From: a bacterium
Lineage (GTDB): Bacteria > UBA8248
Assembly (NCBI GenBank): GCA_965261085.1
Contig: OZ253442.1
Location: 4,203,821-4,267,820 of the forward strand
Direction of reading: 5' to 3'
DNA length: 64,000 nt
The translations under genes were made by a program, and so were the position numbers. The notes beneath the pieces are model-generated. The model was not told where the DNA came from and made no database searches. It worked only from the letters and a program-made list of their open reading frames with translations. Below are positions 62,678-64,000 of this stretch, piece after piece. Position 1 is the stretch's first letter, and each line of letters starts with the position of its first letter.

Positions 62678-63586
62678 CTAGGCCTCCTGCATTCTCCTGA
62701 CGGCCTCGGCGGGCAGGGATTCGCCGCAGGCGGCGTTCTGCGCAGATTGCTCGGGCGTTCTGATGCCGGGAATCACGCAACTGACGTTTTCGTTCGAAAC
62801 GCAGAACCGAATCGCCGCCTGGGCCGGCGATATCCCCAGATTCTCCGCCACCTCGCGAACGTGGTTGAGCTGGTACTGGAACTTCCGGATGTTCTCAGGC
62901 GATAGTATGCCTTTTCTCCGGTCGCCCTCGGCGAACTCGAACGCCTCGTCGATACGCCCGGAGAGAAAACCCCGCTTCATCGGTACGCGGGAAATCACAC
63001 CCACATCCGCCGCTTTCGCGCGGGCGAAGGCGGGCGCCGCCTCCTGGCTGATGACGTTGTACTCCATCTGCAGGGTGGCGGGTTTGTCTTGCTCCACCGC
63101 GAGGTTGCATTCTTCCACCGTATTCACCGAAACGCCCCAGTGCTTGATTTTCCCGTCGTCTTTGGCTTTTTCGAGCAGCGCATAGCTGTCCTCGGCCGCC
63201 ATGTTGTCGACGTTGGGGTTATGAAGCTGATAGTAGTCGATCGCATCGACTCCCAGGCGTTTGAGGCTTCCCTCCAGACAACCGGCAATATAATCGGGCG
63301 TGAAATTGCGCGAGCCCGTCGTCATGTCGTTTCCGCCTTTGGTGAAAATCAGGATTTCACCGCGGTCGGAACGCTCGGTGAGGAATTTGCCGATGACCGT
63401 CTCGCTATGGCCCGCGCCATAGGCGTCGGAGGTGTCGATGAAATTCATGCCAGCGTCGATGGCGACGTGCAGCGCGCGGTTGCTCTCGTCATCATCCACC
63501 GGGCCGAACGCGCCCCCGATGGTCATTGCGCCAAACCCGATGGCCGTAACCTCCAAACCCGTGCGTCCGAGTGTTCTTCTCTCCAT
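62678..63586 (-). CDS. Aldo/keto reductase
   Basis: IDTSDAYG, SLKRLG..ID.YQLH, IPG. Confidence 0.92.
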   Translation of the reverse strand: MERRTLGRTGLEVTAIGFGAMTIGGAFGPVDDDESNRALHVAIDAGMNFIDTSDAYGAGHSETVIGKFLTERSDRGEILIFTKGGNDMTTGSRNFTPDYIAGCLEGSLKRLGVDAIDYYQLHNPNVDNMAAEDSYALLEKAKDDGKIKHWGVSVNTVEECNLAVEQDKPATLQMEYNVISQEAAPAFARAKAADVGVISRVPMKRGFLSGRIDEAFEFAEGDRRKGILSPENIRKFQYQLNHVREVAENLGISPAQAAIRFCVSNENVSCVIPGIRTPEQSAQNAACGESLPAEAVRRMQEA

Positions 63587-63627
63587 ACTCTATCTCCATA
63601 TAAAAATGAGGAAATTTTAAAAATCCC

Positions 63628-63978
63628 GTAGGGAAGTCCCAAGACTCCCTGGACGCTCATCTATAAAGACTAGCGATGGGATGAACGTCCGCGAAGATGG
63701 GCGCATCATATCTCTCTTCAGCCGATATCCGCAATCAAACCTGCTCATAGGCCTCAGAGGCCTCGGACAGGCACTGGGGCCTCGGACAGGTCACGACCTC
63801 GAACAGGCACAGGGGCCTGTCCGCTACGAACACCACGTAAACCGCCGGTTCCGTAGGGGCGGCCCCCCGTGGCCGTCTGTGGTATGTCTTCGACCGTGGT
63901 TTATCTCGGTCGATGAGGAAAAGAGCAAGGGCAGGTCACGACCTGTTGGACGACTACGAGAAGGGCCTTGTCCCTACG
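63628..63978. repeat. Cluster of degenerate GTAG-type REP units
   Basis: GTAGGGAAGTCCCAAGACTTCCC, repeated (G)GACAGG(T)CAC..(G)CCT units, GTAGGGGCGGCCCCCCGTGGCCGTC, TGTCCCTAC. Confidence 0.7.
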
Positions 63979-64000
63979 GGCCGCAATCCTAGACTCTCGA

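Noticed and set aside
63750-63830. CRISPR array
   Set aside because: Units are short, degenerate and adjacent with no unique spacers; no cas genes; they match REP palindromes

Overview
Bacterial chromosomal window, mostly housekeeping and metabolic genes: metF, Prx-sodA, tRNA-Thr and tRNA-Lys, fumC, acnA, rlmN, folD-xseAB-ispA-dxs-tlyA, cysE-iscS-iscU, greA, ispB-maf, a hydantoinase A/B pair and thiI. Small accessory cassettes and REP-like repeats are interspersed. The strongest hidden signal is an AhpD/CMD-family gene that the ORF track splits in two (4524..4775 and 4827..5204). It is one reading frame with an in-frame TGA in a CxxU motif, followed by a SECIS-like hairpin, so it is probably a selenoprotein. 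It sits in a tightly packed operon with an ADP-forming acyl-CoA ligase, two MaoC/hotdog pairs and an SDR. Other notable items: a fused 4x[4Fe-4S]/Mo-bisPGD enzyme with a candidate di-heme membrane partner; candidate defence or TA cassettes (DUF6978/DUF1828-like pair, HNH nuclease, DUF5678-like plus retropepsin, solo HicB); several short gene or promoter remnants beside those cassettes; a probable ATT start codon; and a frameshifted Nudix gene. All family calls come from motif recognition by eye; no searches were run. No CRISPR array, rRNA, integrase or transposase was seen.
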